A stretch of DNA of 64,000 nt, taken from Polaribacter sp. GTDB lineage: Bacteria; Bacteroidota; Bacteroidia; Flavobacteriales; Flavobacteriaceae. Positions 46,648-58,226 of the stretch are shown here, in pieces; positions within the stretch are counted from its first letter, which is position 1; each line of letters begins with the position of its first letter. The notes beneath the pieces were generated by a model, which saw nothing but the letters and a program-made list of their open reading frames with translations, was not told where the DNA came from and made no database searches. A program made the translations under genes and the position numbers. The stretch lies in NCBI GenBank assembly GCA_042091715.1, contig JBELGW010000009.1:5270-69269 (forward strand), in the 5' to 3' direction.

Positions 46648-49632
46648 TTACTCTTTTTCTTCTTTTTTAGAAGTATCAAACATTACTGGAGTTGCAATGA
46701 ATAATGAAGAATATGTACCTACTGCTACACCCACAATTAAGGCAAACATAAATCCTTTAATCGAATCTCCTCCAAATAAGAAGATTGCCAACATTACTAA
46801 CAATGTGGTTAAAGAAGTGTTGATAGTTCTACCTAAAGTACTGCTTAAGGCTTTGTCTACTACTTCTGAATAGTTCCATTTTGTATGGATTCCGGCGAAT
46901 TCTCTGATTCTATCAAAGATGACTACCGTATCATTCAAGGAGTATCCTACTACGGTTAAGATGGCTGCGATAAATGATTGTCCAATTTCCATATCAAAAG
47001 GCATGAATTTGTAGGTGATTGAGAAGATTCCCAATACGATCAATACATCATGGAATACTGCTACTACAGCACCTAAACTAAAGGATACTTTTCTAAAACG
47101 CAATAGGATGTACAAGAATACTACAATTAAAGAACCTAATACCGCCCATAGTGCTGATGTCTTAATATCATCTGCAATGGTAGGATCTACTTTTCTGTAA
47201 CTCATAATTCCGCTCGCATTTTCAGCTTTTTCGAAACCAGGTTTAAAGTTTTCGTAGGTGGTTGTTCCAATGTATGATTTTAATCCGTCGTATAAAGCAC
47301 GTTGCACTTGCTCATCTGCGCTTTTTCCTTCATCATCAATTTTAAAAGCAGTGGTAATTTTTAACTGGTTGTCTGCACCATAGGTTTTTACTTCTGGAGC
47401 TCCGTTAAATACCGCTGTCAATTCATTTCTTACTTCAGCAGAATTCATTGCTTTGTCAAAACGAACCATGTACGAACGCCCTCCTTTAAAGTCAACTCCT
47501 TGCTTCAATCCTAAGGTTGCTATTGACGCGATTCCAGCAACAATAATTGCAGCAGAAACTACATATCCAAGCTTGCGTTTTCTTAAGAATTCAATATTTA
47601 TTTTTTGGAACCAACTTTTTGTAATGGATGTATTGAAGGTTAAGTTGCTGTTTTTTTGTACTGCGTTATCAACTAGCATACGTGTAATGAATACCGCTGT
47701 AAATAATGAAGTTGCAATACCGATCATTAAGGTCAATGCAAAACCTTTAATCGGTCCTGTACCAAATACATATAAGATTACACCGGTTAATAGCGTGGTA
47801 ATGTTTGCATCAATAATTGCAGACAATGCTCCTTTTACACTAAATCCTTCTTCTACCGCTAATTTTAATCCTTTACCACCTCTTAATCCTTCTTTAATTC
47901 TTTCGAAGATAATTACGTTTGCATCTACAGACATACCAATGGTTAAGATGATTCCTGCAATACCTGGCAATGTTAATACCGCGCTAAATGATGCTAAGAT
48001 TCCGAAGATAAACAAGATGTTTACAAGCAAAGCAACATTTGCATAGATTCCTGCTTTACCGTAGTAAAACAACATCCAAATCAATACCAATGCAATGGCA
48101 AGTCCAAATGAGTTGAATGATTTGTCAATAGATTCTTGCCCTAAGGAAGGTCCAACAACACTCGATTCAATAATTCTGGCTGCGGCCGGTAATTTACCAG
48201 CTTTCAAAACGGTAGCAATGTCTTGTGCTTCAGCAACTGTCATGGCACCTCCAGAAATAGAAGTTCGACCTCCAGTAATTGGTTGATTTACCGATGGAGC
48301 TGTATATACATAGTCATCTAAAACAACAGCTACAAATTTCCCGGCATTTTCTGTGGTCATTTTTTCCCATTGCTTAGCACCTGTGCTATTCATAGTCATG
48401 CTTACTTCTGGTTTGTTCCCAAGTTGGTCAAACTCTTGTGAAGCATCTACAATAACATCTCCTTCAATGGTTGCTACATCTTTTCTGTTTGATTTGATGG
48501 CATACAATCCAATCACAGCTGCAGACTTGTCTGCATTTGCTTGTGCTTTGTAATCCCATAAGAATTTTACATATCTCAGGTTGTTTGGTAACAAGGCTCT
48601 CACTTCTTTATTAGCCAATAAGCTATTCACAGTTGCGGTATCAGAAACCTTCGCTTGTGCAACCAATGAACTTACTTGTTGTTGGTTTTGCGCCACGTTT
48701 GGATATAAATAGGTAAATAATGTTTTTTGATTCTTAGTTGCTGTAGAATCTTGCGCTCCTAATAAATCATCAACATTGTCTTTTTGTAAAGCCTCTTCAG
48801 TAGTTTCCGGAGATTCTTCTTTTAAAAGTTCAGCTACTTTGGTGTTGGCAGCGAAGAAAAAGTTCTGTACCTCTGCGTTTGAGTATACTTCCCAGAATTG
48901 TAATTTTGCAGTGCTTTCCAATAATCTACTCACACGGTCAATGTCTTTTGCTCCTGGCAATTCAATTTGAATTCTTCCGGAATTTCCTAAACGTTGAATG
49001 TTTGGCTGAGTTACACCAAACTTATCAATTCTACTTCGCAATACCTCAAAAGCAGTATTGATTGAATTGTCAATTTCTGATTGAATGATTGGTTTGATCT
49101 CGGCATTTGTTTTGTTAAAGTTGATGCCTTTGTCTGCTAAGTTTTTTGTTCCAAAAATAGAAGGATCACTTAGTTTTACACCGTCTGCTATTTTCTCAAA
49201 TTCTATAAAAAATAAGTTCAAGTAGGTGTCTGAACTACTTTTTAATGCAGCGTCTGCAGCAGTCAAAGCATTGTTAAATGCCACGTTATTAGAGTCGTTT
49301 GATAGTCCAATTAAAATGTCTTTTACAGAAACTTGTAAAACCGCATTGATACCACCTTTTAAATCAAGACCAAGATTCATTTCTTTGTCTTTGATGTCGT
49401 TGTAGCTATATTCAGCAAACCCTAAGTTGATGTTCTTTGTATTGCCAATACTATCTAAATATCTTTTTTCAAAATTAGCAAGTGCTTTACCGTCATTATT
49501 GGTAACTTTTGCCTTCGCATAGTCCTTTGCATCGTTTTCTACATTTCCTGCGAAATAGGTGAAAGAGAGTTGGTATAAACTCACTAGTCCGAATAGAATA
49601 GCGAATAATCTGATTAGTCCTTTGTTTTGCAT
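46648..49632 (-). CDS. secDF: Fused protein translocase subunit SecDF
   Basis: LGLDLKGG, RIDKFGV, IELPG, VGPSLG, GMSVDANVIIFERIKE, GVDFKGG, GYSLNDTVVIFDRIRE. Confidence 0.98.
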   Translation of the reverse strand: MQNKGLIRLFAILFGLVSLYQLSFTYFAGNVENDAKDYAKAKVTNNDGKALANFEKRYLDSIGNTKNINLGFAEYSYNDIKDKEMNLGLDLKGGINAVLQVSVKDILIGLSNDSNNVAFNNALTAADAALKSSSDTYLNLFFIEFEKIADGVKLSDPSIFGTKNLADKGINFNKTNAEIKPIIQSEIDNSINTAFEVLRSRIDKFGVTQPNIQRLGNSGRIQIELPGAKDIDRVSRLLESTAKLQFWEVYSNAEVQNFFFAANTKVAELLKEESPETTEEALQKDNVDDLLGAQDSTATKNQKTLFTYLYPNVAQNQQQVSSLVAQAKVSDTATVNSLLANKEVRALLPNNLRYVKFLWDYKAQANADKSAAVIGLYAIKSNRKDVATIEGDVIVDASQEFDQLGNKPEVSMTMNSTGAKQWEKMTTENAGKFVAVVLDDYVYTAPSVNQPITGGRTSISGGAMTVAEAQDIATVLKAGKLPAAARIIESSVVGPSLGQESIDKSFNSFGLAIALVLIWMLFYYGKAGIYANVALLVNILFIFGILASFSAVLTLPGIAGIILTIGMSVDANVIIFERIKEGLRGGKGLKLAVEEGFSVKGALSAIIDANITTLLTGVILYVFGTGPIKGFALTLMIGIATSLFTAVFITRMLVDNAVQKNSNLTFNTSITKSWFQKINIEFLRKRKLGYVVSAAIIVAGIASIATLGLKQGVDFKGGRSYMVRFDKAMNSAEVRNELTAVFNGAPEVKTYGADNQLKITTAFKIDDEGKSADEQVQRALYDGLKSYIGTTTYENFKPGFEKAENASGIMSYRKVDPTIADDIKTSALWAVLGSLIVVFLYILLRFRKVSFSLGAVVAVFHDVLIVLGIFSITYKFMPFDMEIGQSFIAAILTVVGYSLNDTVVIFDRIREFAGIHTKWNYSEVVDKALSSTLGRTINTSLTTLLVMLAIFLFGGDSIKGFMFALIVGVAVGTYSSLFIATPVMFDTSKKEEKE

Positions 49633-49673
49633 CTTCTTATATAAAATTTAATCGAAATTCTTTGTCAAAGCGG

Positions 49674-49681
49674 CAAATATA
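49674..49681 (-). promoter_or_regulatory. -7 element (TATATTTG) for secDF
   Basis: TAnnTTTG about 42 nt upstream of the ATG. Confidence 0.55.
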
Positions 49682-49792
49682 GTATTTCAAATATCAGAAA
49701 CCAATTGTTTTGTCATATTTGTAAGATAAGAATCTTGTTTTTCAAATCATTAAATAGATGCATCTCTTTGAGACCTCAAATTTTTATATATT

Positions 49793-49800
49793 TACCTTTG
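49793..49800 (+). promoter_or_regulatory. -7 element (TACCTTTG) for fhs
   Basis: TAnnTTTG upstream of TTG 49819 / ATG 49837. Confidence 0.55.
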
Positions 49801-49818
49801 TAAAAAGCACCTTAACGA

Positions 49819-51513
49819 TTGAGTACTACAGAACAAATGACGCAGCTATCAGACATCCAAATAGCCCAAGCAAAAGAGCTTGTGCACATCAAAAATATTG
49901 CTACAAAATTACAGATTTCAGAGGATGATTTGGAGTTGTATGGGAAATACAAAGCGAAGCTACCATTGTCATTAATTGACAACACTGCTATTGCAAACAA
50001 CCATCTGGTATTAGTAACCGCGTTAACACCTACTCCGGCAGGAGAAGGGAAAACTACGGTTTCTATTGGTTTAACAGAAGGATTGAATGCGGTCGGTAAG
50101 CAAGCAACAGTTGTTTTAAGAGAGCCTTCTTTGGGCCCTGTATTCGGAATCAAGGGAGGTGCTGCTGGCGGTGGATATTCTCAAGTGGTGCCCATGGAGG
50201 ATATCAATTTGCATTTTACAGGTGATTTCAATGCCGTGGAAAAGGCAAATAATTTATTGGCTGCCTTGATAGATAACAATCTGCAATCCAAAGAACATTC
50301 CTTACATATGGATCCTAGAACCATTTTATGGAAACGGGTGATTGATATGAATGACAGAGCTTTGCGAGACATAACCATCGGTTTGGGCGGCACTGCAAAT
50401 GGCATTCCAAGACAGGACGGATTCAATATTACGCCTGCCTCAGAAGTGATGGCTATTTTATGTATGTCCACTGATTTTGACAATTTAAAGGAGCGATTGG
50501 GTGCTATTTTGGTTGGATTTACTTTTGATAAGCAGCCTGTTTTTGCGCGCGACTTGCATGCAGAAAATGCCATGGCTATTTTGTTAAAGGATGCCATTAA
50601 GCCAAATTTAGTGCAAACATTGGAAGGGAATCCTGCCATTATTCACGGAGGGCCTTTTGCCAATATTGCACAGGGTACAAATACCATATTGGCCACAAAA
50701 ATGGGCTTGTCACTTTCTAATTATGTGGTAACAGAGGCAGGGTTTGGTGCCGATTTGGGCGCTGAGAAGTTCTTGAATATCAAGGCATCCTTTGCGGGTT
50801 TGAATCCTAAATGTGTGGTATTGGTTGCTACTGTAAGAGCCTTGCGCCATCATGGAGGTGCAAAAAAAGAGGCCTATGATACTCCGGATTTAGAGCGCGT
50901 GAAAGAAGGGTTTAAAAATCTTGAAAAGCACATCGAAAATATTCGTAAGTTTCAAATAGAGCCTGTGGTGGCTATCAATTCGTTTCATTCCGATACAGAT
51001 CCGGAGGTGGTATTTATTCAAAATGCCTGTGAACGTATGGGGGTAAAAGCAGTCCTTTCTGAAGGTTGGGCAAAAGGAGGAAAAGGGACCAAAGCATTGG
51101 CAAAAGCGGTGGTTGCTGTGGTGCAAGAGACCACTCGAGAATTTAAACCTTTGTATGATTGGAAACAGCCCATCAAAGAGAAAATTGCAACGATTGCAAA
51201 AGAGATTTATGGTGCAGATCGTGTGGTGTATTCTAAAAGAGCCGAATTGAGTTTGCGTAGAATTGATCGTTTAGGATTTAATGATTTTGCCATTTGTATG
51301 GCAAAGACACAGAAGTCTTTTTCAGACAATGCAAGTCTCATTGGAAGACCGGCTGGTTTTGCAGTGACTGTGCGCGCTATTGAGATTGCAGCGGGGGCAC
51401 AATTTGTCATTCCGATATTAGGGAAAATGATGCGCATGCCTGGTTTGCCGTCTCGACCGGCTTCTATGAACATGAATATCGATAGCAAGGGTGTTATTAC
51501 CGGACTGTCCTAG
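49819..51513 (+). CDS. fhs: Formate--tetrahydrofolate ligase
   Basis: LYGKYKAK, TPTPAGEGKTT, LREPSLGPVFGIKGGAAGGG, NLHFTGD, HGGPFANIA, TEAGFGADLG, MRMPGL. The true start may be ATG 49837. Confidence 0.98.
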   Translation: MSTTEQMTQLSDIQIAQAKELVHIKNIATKLQISEDDLELYGKYKAKLPLSLIDNTAIANNHLVLVTALTPTPAGEGKTTVSIGLTEGLNAVGKQATVVLREPSLGPVFGIKGGAAGGGYSQVVPMEDINLHFTGDFNAVEKANNLLAALIDNNLQSKEHSLHMDPRTILWKRVIDMNDRALRDITIGLGGTANGIPRQDGFNITPASEVMAILCMSTDFDNLKERLGAILVGFTFDKQPVFARDLHAENAMAILLKDAIKPNLVQTLEGNPAIIHGGPFANIAQGTNTILATKMGLSLSNYVVTEAGFGADLGAEKFLNIKASFAGLNPKCVVLVATVRALRHHGGAKKEAYDTPDLERVKEGFKNLEKHIENIRKFQIEPVVAINSFHSDTDPEVVFIQNACERMGVKAVLSEGWAKGGKGTKALAKAVVAVVQETTREFKPLYDWKQPIKEKIATIAKEIYGADRVVYSKRAELSLRRIDRLGFNDFAICMAKTQKSFSDNASLIGRPAGFAVTVRAIEIAAGAQFVIPILGKMMRMPGLPSRPASMNMNIDSKGVITGLS

Positions 51514-51526
51514 CGTAATTGTCTAT

Positions 51527-51557
51527 AAAAAAAACCAGCCAATTGGCTGGTTTTTTT
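51527..51557. terminator. Bidirectional terminator between fhs and mdh
   Basis: A8-CCAGCC-AATT-GGCTGG-T7. Confidence 0.9.
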
Positions 51558-51575
51558 ATGCGATGTGTTTTTGAA

Positions 51576-52502
51576 CTACAATTCTAACAAACCGTTTGTT
51601 GCTTTTACTCCCTCAGCAGACGCTTGCATTTGCGCTTTTTCAGCGTCATTCAACTGAATGTCTACAATGCTTTCAATACCGTTTTTTCCTAATACAACAG
51701 GAACTCCGATACAGAGGTCGTTCAATCCGTATTCTCCTTCTAATAAGGTAGAACAAGGGAATATTTTCTTTTGATCACAAGCAATGGCTTGTACCAATCC
51801 AGAAACCGCAGCGCCAGGTGCATACCAAGCAGAAGTACCTAATAATCCTGTTAAAGTAGCCCCACCAACTTTGGTGTCTTGTAGTACTTGCTCCAATCTT
51901 TCTTCAGAAATAAATTGAGATACAGGTACTGAATTTCTGGTTGCCAAACGTGTTAAAGGAACCATTCCTTTGTCTGAGTGCCCACCAATAACCATTCCGT
52001 CAACGTCAGAAATAGGTGCCTCTAAAGCTTCTGCCAATCGATATTTGAAACGAGCAGAATCTAATGCGCCTCCCATTCCAATGATTCTATTTTTAGGAAG
52101 TCCAGTTGTTTTGTGTACCAAATAGGTCATGGTATCCATAGGGTTCGATACCACAATGATAATGGTGTTTGGAGAGTGCTCGATAAGGTTTGCAGAAACT
52201 GTTTTTACAATGCCTGCATTGATGCCGATTAATTCTTCACGTGTCATTCCTGGTTTACGAGGAATACCAGAGGTAATAACACAGATGTCAGAACCTGCTG
52301 TTTTTGTATAATCATTGGTGCTTCCTGTAATTTTTGTGTCAAATCCGTTTAAAGAAGCTGTTTGCATTAGATCCATTGCCTTCCCTTCTGCAAATCCTTC
52401 CTTGATGTCAAGAACTACAACTTCAGAGGCGAAGTTTTTAATAGCGATATACTCTGCACAACTAGCACCTACTGCACCTGCTCCTACAACTGTTACTTTC
52501 AT
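51576..52502 (-). CDS. mdh: Malate dehydrogenase (LDH-like type)
   Basis: VGAGAVG, GIPRKPGMTREEL, VSNPMD, LDSARF, IGGHSD, TSAWYAPG. Confidence 0.97.
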   Translation of the reverse strand: MKVTVVGAGAVGASCAEYIAIKNFASEVVVLDIKEGFAEGKAMDLMQTASLNGFDTKITGSTNDYTKTAGSDICVITSGIPRKPGMTREELIGINAGIVKTVSANLIEHSPNTIIIVVSNPMDTMTYLVHKTTGLPKNRIIGMGGALDSARFKYRLAEALEAPISDVDGMVIGGHSDKGMVPLTRLATRNSVPVSQFISEERLEQVLQDTKVGGATLTGLLGTSAWYAPGAAVSGLVQAIACDQKKIFPCSTLLEGEYGLNDLCIGVPVVLGKNGIESIVDIQLNDAEKAQMQASAEGVKATNGLLEL

Positions 52503-52537
52503 ATTATTTTTGTTTTGATTTGAATTTATTTTCTAGA

Positions 52538-52545
52538 CAAAAGTA
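52538..52545 (-). promoter_or_regulatory. -7 element (TACTTTTG) for mdh
   Basis: TAnnTTTG about 36 nt upstream of the ATG. Confidence 0.55.
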
Positions 52546-52580
52546 CTATAAATTATTGGAAATGAATAGGCAACTAAATG

Positions 52581-52609
52581 AAAAAAGGCTGCGAAATTCG
52601 CAGCCTTTT
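52581..52609 (-). terminator. Intrinsic terminator after the DUF6588-like gene
   Basis: AAAAAAGGCTGCGAA-A-TTCGCAGCCTTTT. Confidence 0.85.
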
Positions 52610-52632
52610 GTTCTTGTTGTTACAGGGTGTTT

Positions 52633-53676
52633 TTATCTAAAGCTAAAAGCGATTCCTGCGTTTAAGGTATTGTATTCTTGCAAGGTGTAATTCGCGAATA
52701 ATTTAAAGAATCCTACGCTTAATCTGGCTCCTAATGTTGTTTTTACACCACCTGCATCAAACTCCATATCTGTTGGTACATCAAGCGTCTCGCTCGCAGT
52801 AAAGGTTTGTCCTGCTGCACTGTATGAATATACACCAGTATAGGTTCCGTTGACATCAAGGGTTGCTGTTCCGCTGCTGTAACCAAAACCTCCATAAATG
52901 GAAATAACAGGAAAATTCAAAGAAGCAATGGCTTCCATTGTATATGCTTTTAAACCGAATCCTGCTGATCCATTATTGATGACGATGTCACCGTTTTCAT
53001 CAGGGAATCCATAGGTCACATCCATAGAGGTGTAAGCTGCTAAAAGAGATACGTGTAGTGGCAGTTTGTCTAAAGGTCCAAACCAACTGGTAATTTCTTT
53101 TTTCAATCCTACACCGAACATTTTTGCTTTTCCTCCATCATCTCCAAGACCGGTTTCTGGGAAAAAACGAACCATGGCATCCAGTTTAAAAGGAAGTCCT
53201 ATGTTTAATTGTGCCGCGGGTACAGGAATTGCTTTTAAAGGCAGGTCACCTGCAATTCCATTGGGTAAAGAGAGCGGCGCTGTTACCGTTTGTGTTTGAC
53301 CATTAACGGTCATTGTTTTTGAAACAGTGAGTCCAGTAGCTCCATTACCCTCTCCTGCTATCGTAGCAGATGTAAAGCTATTAGGAGCGATAGAAGTGAG
53401 TCCTGCAACGCTAAAAACTTTGTCTTTTGATGGAATCATTGAAGCATTCGCTCCCAATGTCAAGTCAAATCCAAACTTCTTGTGTACTTTGGCGGTGTGG
53501 TACCATCCATTATTCATTCCGTAAATAAACCCTTTCATTCCAGGGTTAAAATATCCTTTTATCAACTTGGTGGCATCCGCTTTGTCTGCTAATAAAATGG
53601 TTTCAAAGCCTTCTTGGGCTTGGGTGCTTAAGGTAAAGGTGCATACACCTAAAAATACTAAAATTGATTTTTTCAT
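52633..53676 (-). CDS. DUF6588-like outer membrane beta-barrel protein
   Basis: Signal peptide (TQA/Q), MNNGWYHTAKVHKKFGFD, amphipathic strands, C-terminal NAGIAFSFR. Start moved to MKKSIL. Confidence 0.7.
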   Translation of the reverse strand: MKKSILVFLGVCTFTLSTQAQEGFETILLADKADATKLIKGYFNPGMKGFIYGMNNGWYHTAKVHKKFGFDLTLGANASMIPSKDKVFSVAGLTSIAPNSFTSATIAGEGNGATGLTVSKTMTVNGQTQTVTAPLSLPNGIAGDLPLKAIPVPAAQLNIGLPFKLDAMVRFFPETGLGDDGGKAKMFGVGLKKEITSWFGPLDKLPLHVSLLAAYTSMDVTYGFPDENGDIVINNGSAGFGLKAYTMEAIASLNFPVISIYGGFGYSSGTATLDVNGTYTGVYSYSAAGQTFTASETLDVPTDMEFDAGGVKTTLGARLSVGFFKLFANYTLQEYNTLNAGIAFSFR

Positions 53677-53785
53677 GATTATTCTTTTTCTTACTAATAT
53701 CATTGCGTTTAGGGAGCGAATATAGCACAATTATTTTTAGCAAGCAGTATGGTTTTTGTGGTCACTTTCACTGCGCAGTCTGTCT

Positions 53786-53816
53786 AAAAAAAAAGCCTTC
53801 GTATTTGAAGGCTTTT
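53786..53816 (-). terminator. Intrinsic terminator after gyrB
   Basis: AAAAGCCTTC-GTATTT-GAAGGCTTTT with A9 on the plus strand. Confidence 0.8.
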
Positions 53817-53825
53817 GGTGGTTTG

Positions 53826-55775
<1,950 letters not shown>

Positions 55776-56089
55776 TTATTGTTTTAATTTCAAAAAAAAA
55801 TCGCCTCCAAAAGACGATGTATACCTAAGCAAATTTAGTGAAATTTTAGACGTTATAAAAAGATATTTGCGTTTTGCTGCTGAAATTATCAACATTTGTT
55901 AATTACTTAAAGATCTCTTAAAAGGGCTTAAAATGACTTTAAAATGGATTTTTGATTTTTGATTGTACTTTGTTTTATGGAAAAAACCCAAAATAGCGCT
56001 AAGCTGCTCTTTTGGGTTCATTTGAAAAGGATGTACTGTTTCAAAATTTCTTAAAACGGTTGTATGCGTCTTAAAATGCTTTGATGAGA

Positions 56090-57754
56090 CTAGTAGGCGT
56101 CTTCATGTACATTTAAAATGGCTCTTCCTGATGGTTCGTTCATGTTTTTAAATGCTTCATCCCATTCAAGTGCAATTTTTGTACTACAAGCAACACTGGG
56201 TTCTTGAGGAACACTCAAGGCAGCGGTATCGCTTGGGAAATGTCCTTCGAAAATAGCTCTGTAGTAAAATTCTTCTTTGTTTTGTGGTGTTTGTATTGGA
56301 AAACGAAACTTGGCATTGGCCAATTGTTCGTCGGTTACTTCTTGTTCTACCACTTCTTTGAGGGTATCGATCCAGTCATAGCCTACACCGTCTGAAAATT
56401 GTTCTTTTTGTCTCCAGGCAACGCTTTCAGGTAACAGGTCTTCAAAAGCCTTTCGAATGACCCATTTTTCCATACGTTCCCCGTTGATCATTTTGTCTTG
56501 CGGATTGATGCGCATGGCAACATCCATGAATTCCTTGTCTAAAAAAGGTACACGTCCTTCAATACCCCATGCCATGAGGCTTTTATTGGCACGCAAGCAA
56601 TCATACATGTGTAGTTTGTCTAATTTACGCACTGTTTCTTCATGAAATTCTTTTGCATTTGGTGCTTTGTGAAAGTACAAATAGCCTCCAAAAATTTCAT
56701 CTGCTCCCTCTCCAGAGAGTACCATTTTGATTCCCATAGATTTGATGACACGTGCCATGAGATACATAGGAGTAGAGGAACGTATGGTGGTAATGTCATA
56801 TGTTTCAATATTGTAAATCACATCCTTAATGGCATCTAAGCCTTCTTGTATGGTGAATTTGATTTCATGGTGAATGGTTCCAATGTGGTCTGCCACTTTT
56901 TGTGCAGCTGCTAAATCTGGAGATCCTTCAAGACCTACAGAAAAGGAGTGCAATTGCGGGTACCAGGCGTCTTGTGTGTCATCAGATTCTATTCTCTTTT
57001 GAGCGTATTTTTTTGCAATTGCTGAGGTAACAGAAGAATCCAATCCGCCAGAGAGCAATACCCCATAAGGCACATCAGACATGAGTTGTCTGTGTACGGC
57101 AGCTTCCAGGGCTTCTTTTATGGTTTCAATGCTTGTGGAATTGTCTTTTACAGCATCATACTCAGACCAATCTCTTTTGTACCATTGCACCAGTGTACCT
57201 TCTTTGCTAGAGAGATAGTGTCCTGGAGGAAACAACTCTATTTTAGCACAAACTCCCTCCAATGCTTTGAGTTCTGATGCTACGTAAAAGGTGCCGTTTT
57301 GATCCCATCCAATGTACAAAGGAATAATGCCCATATGATCGCGTGCAATGAAGTATTCGTCTTTTTCTATGTCGTAGAGCGCAAAACCGAAAATTCCATT
57401 CATATCATCAATAAAGTCAACCCCCTTTTTTTTGTACAATGCTAAAATAACTTCACAGTCAGAAGCTGTTTCAAAGTGGTAGTTTCCCTCAAATTGCTGT
57501 CTTAGTTCGCGATGGTTGTAGATTTCGCCATTGGCTGCGAGCACCAAATTTTTGTCGTCACTAAACAAGGGCTGTTGCCCAGAGGCAGGATCTACAATGG
57601 CCAAGCGCTCATGCGTCATGATTGCTTTTTCATTACTGTAAATACCGCTCCAATCGGGTCCACGGTGTCTTACCTTTTTTGACATTTCTAGTAGTTGAGG
57701 TCGCAGCGTTGCTGCTTTTTCTTTCAAGTCAAATGCACATACAATTCCACACAT
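56090..57754 (-). CDS. asnB: Asparagine synthase B (glutamine-hydrolysing)
   Basis: N-terminal MCGI, RHRGPDW, NGEIYNH, LLSGGLDSS, SGEGADEIFGGY, RVPFLD. Confidence 0.98.
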   Translation of the reverse strand: MCGIVCAFDLKEKAATLRPQLLEMSKKVRHRGPDWSGIYSNEKAIMTHERLAIVDPASGQQPLFSDDKNLVLAANGEIYNHRELRQQFEGNYHFETASDCEVILALYKKKGVDFIDDMNGIFGFALYDIEKDEYFIARDHMGIIPLYIGWDQNGTFYVASELKALEGVCAKIELFPPGHYLSSKEGTLVQWYKRDWSEYDAVKDNSTSIETIKEALEAAVHRQLMSDVPYGVLLSGGLDSSVTSAIAKKYAQKRIESDDTQDAWYPQLHSFSVGLEGSPDLAAAQKVADHIGTIHHEIKFTIQEGLDAIKDVIYNIETYDITTIRSSTPMYLMARVIKSMGIKMVLSGEGADEIFGGYLYFHKAPNAKEFHEETVRKLDKLHMYDCLRANKSLMAWGIEGRVPFLDKEFMDVAMRINPQDKMINGERMEKWVIRKAFEDLLPESVAWRQKEQFSDGVGYDWIDTLKEVVEQEVTDEQLANAKFRFPIQTPQNKEEFYYRAIFEGHFPSDTAALSVPQEPSVACSTKIALEWDEAFKNMNEPSGRAILNVHEDAY

Positions 57755-57998
57755 AATTTTTTGTTTTGAGGAAATTACTCCGTTTTAAGTTTTAGTTTAC
57801 TTCTTTAACTCTTACAAATAAAAGAGGTTTGTTTAAGTATTGAAACATAATTTAAAAAAATGTTTAATAATTTAATGTAAAATAATTTTTATGGTTAAAA
57901 TATGTAACTATTATTTTTGTATTTGTGCAAAAATATTGTCAATTGTTACTTTCTTGCTTTTTTTTGTGTTTTTTTTTGGGTCATTTAAAAATGTGTTA

Positions 57999-58006
57999 TA
58001 CATTTG
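57999..58006 (+). promoter_or_regulatory. -7 element (TACATTTG) for the trp operon
   Basis: TAnnTTTG 7 nt before the leader peptide ATG. Confidence 0.65.
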
Positions 58007-58013
58007 TTGAAGT

Positions 58014-58058
58014 ATGACGAAACAACAAAATATATGGTGGTGGAACTCTCTTAACTGA
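58014..58058 (+). CDS. trpL: trp operon leader peptide MTKQQNIWWWNSLN
   Basis: ATG ACG AAA CAA CAA AAT ATA TGG TGG TGG AAC TCT CTT AAC TGA: three tandem Trp codons upstream of trpE; below the ORF-track size cutoff. Confidence 0.9.
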   Translation: MTKQQNIWWWNSLN

Positions 58059-58089
58059 TAAGTGAGTAACAACCTATATGTATAAATTA

Positions 58090-58134
58090 GAACACAAAAA
58101 AGGCTTATCTCACGATAAGCCTTTTTTGTGTTTC
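58090..58134 (+). terminator. trp attenuator terminator
   Basis: CACAAAAAAGGCTTATC-TCAC-GATAAGCCTTTTTTGTG; upstream GATAAGTGAG...CCT can pair with its 5' arm and loop as an antiterminator. Confidence 0.88.
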
Positions 58135-58226
58135 AGTAGGAGGCATTCATCATTTGAATACAGGAATGTGTCCGTGTCACAGTAAATCGAAGTAGCTACG
58201 TAATTACTTCAAAATAAAAATAAGGT

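Noticed and set aside
57928-57945. Sigma54-like TGACA-N6-TTGCA on the minus strand upstream of asnB
   Set aside because: It lacks the invariant -24 GG and is better explained as a sigma70 TAnnTTTG element (TATTTTTG).
57956-57977. Poly-T tracts between asnB and the trp promoter
   Set aside because: They lie in an AT-rich divergent promoter region, and I cannot tie them to a coding frame or promoter spacer.
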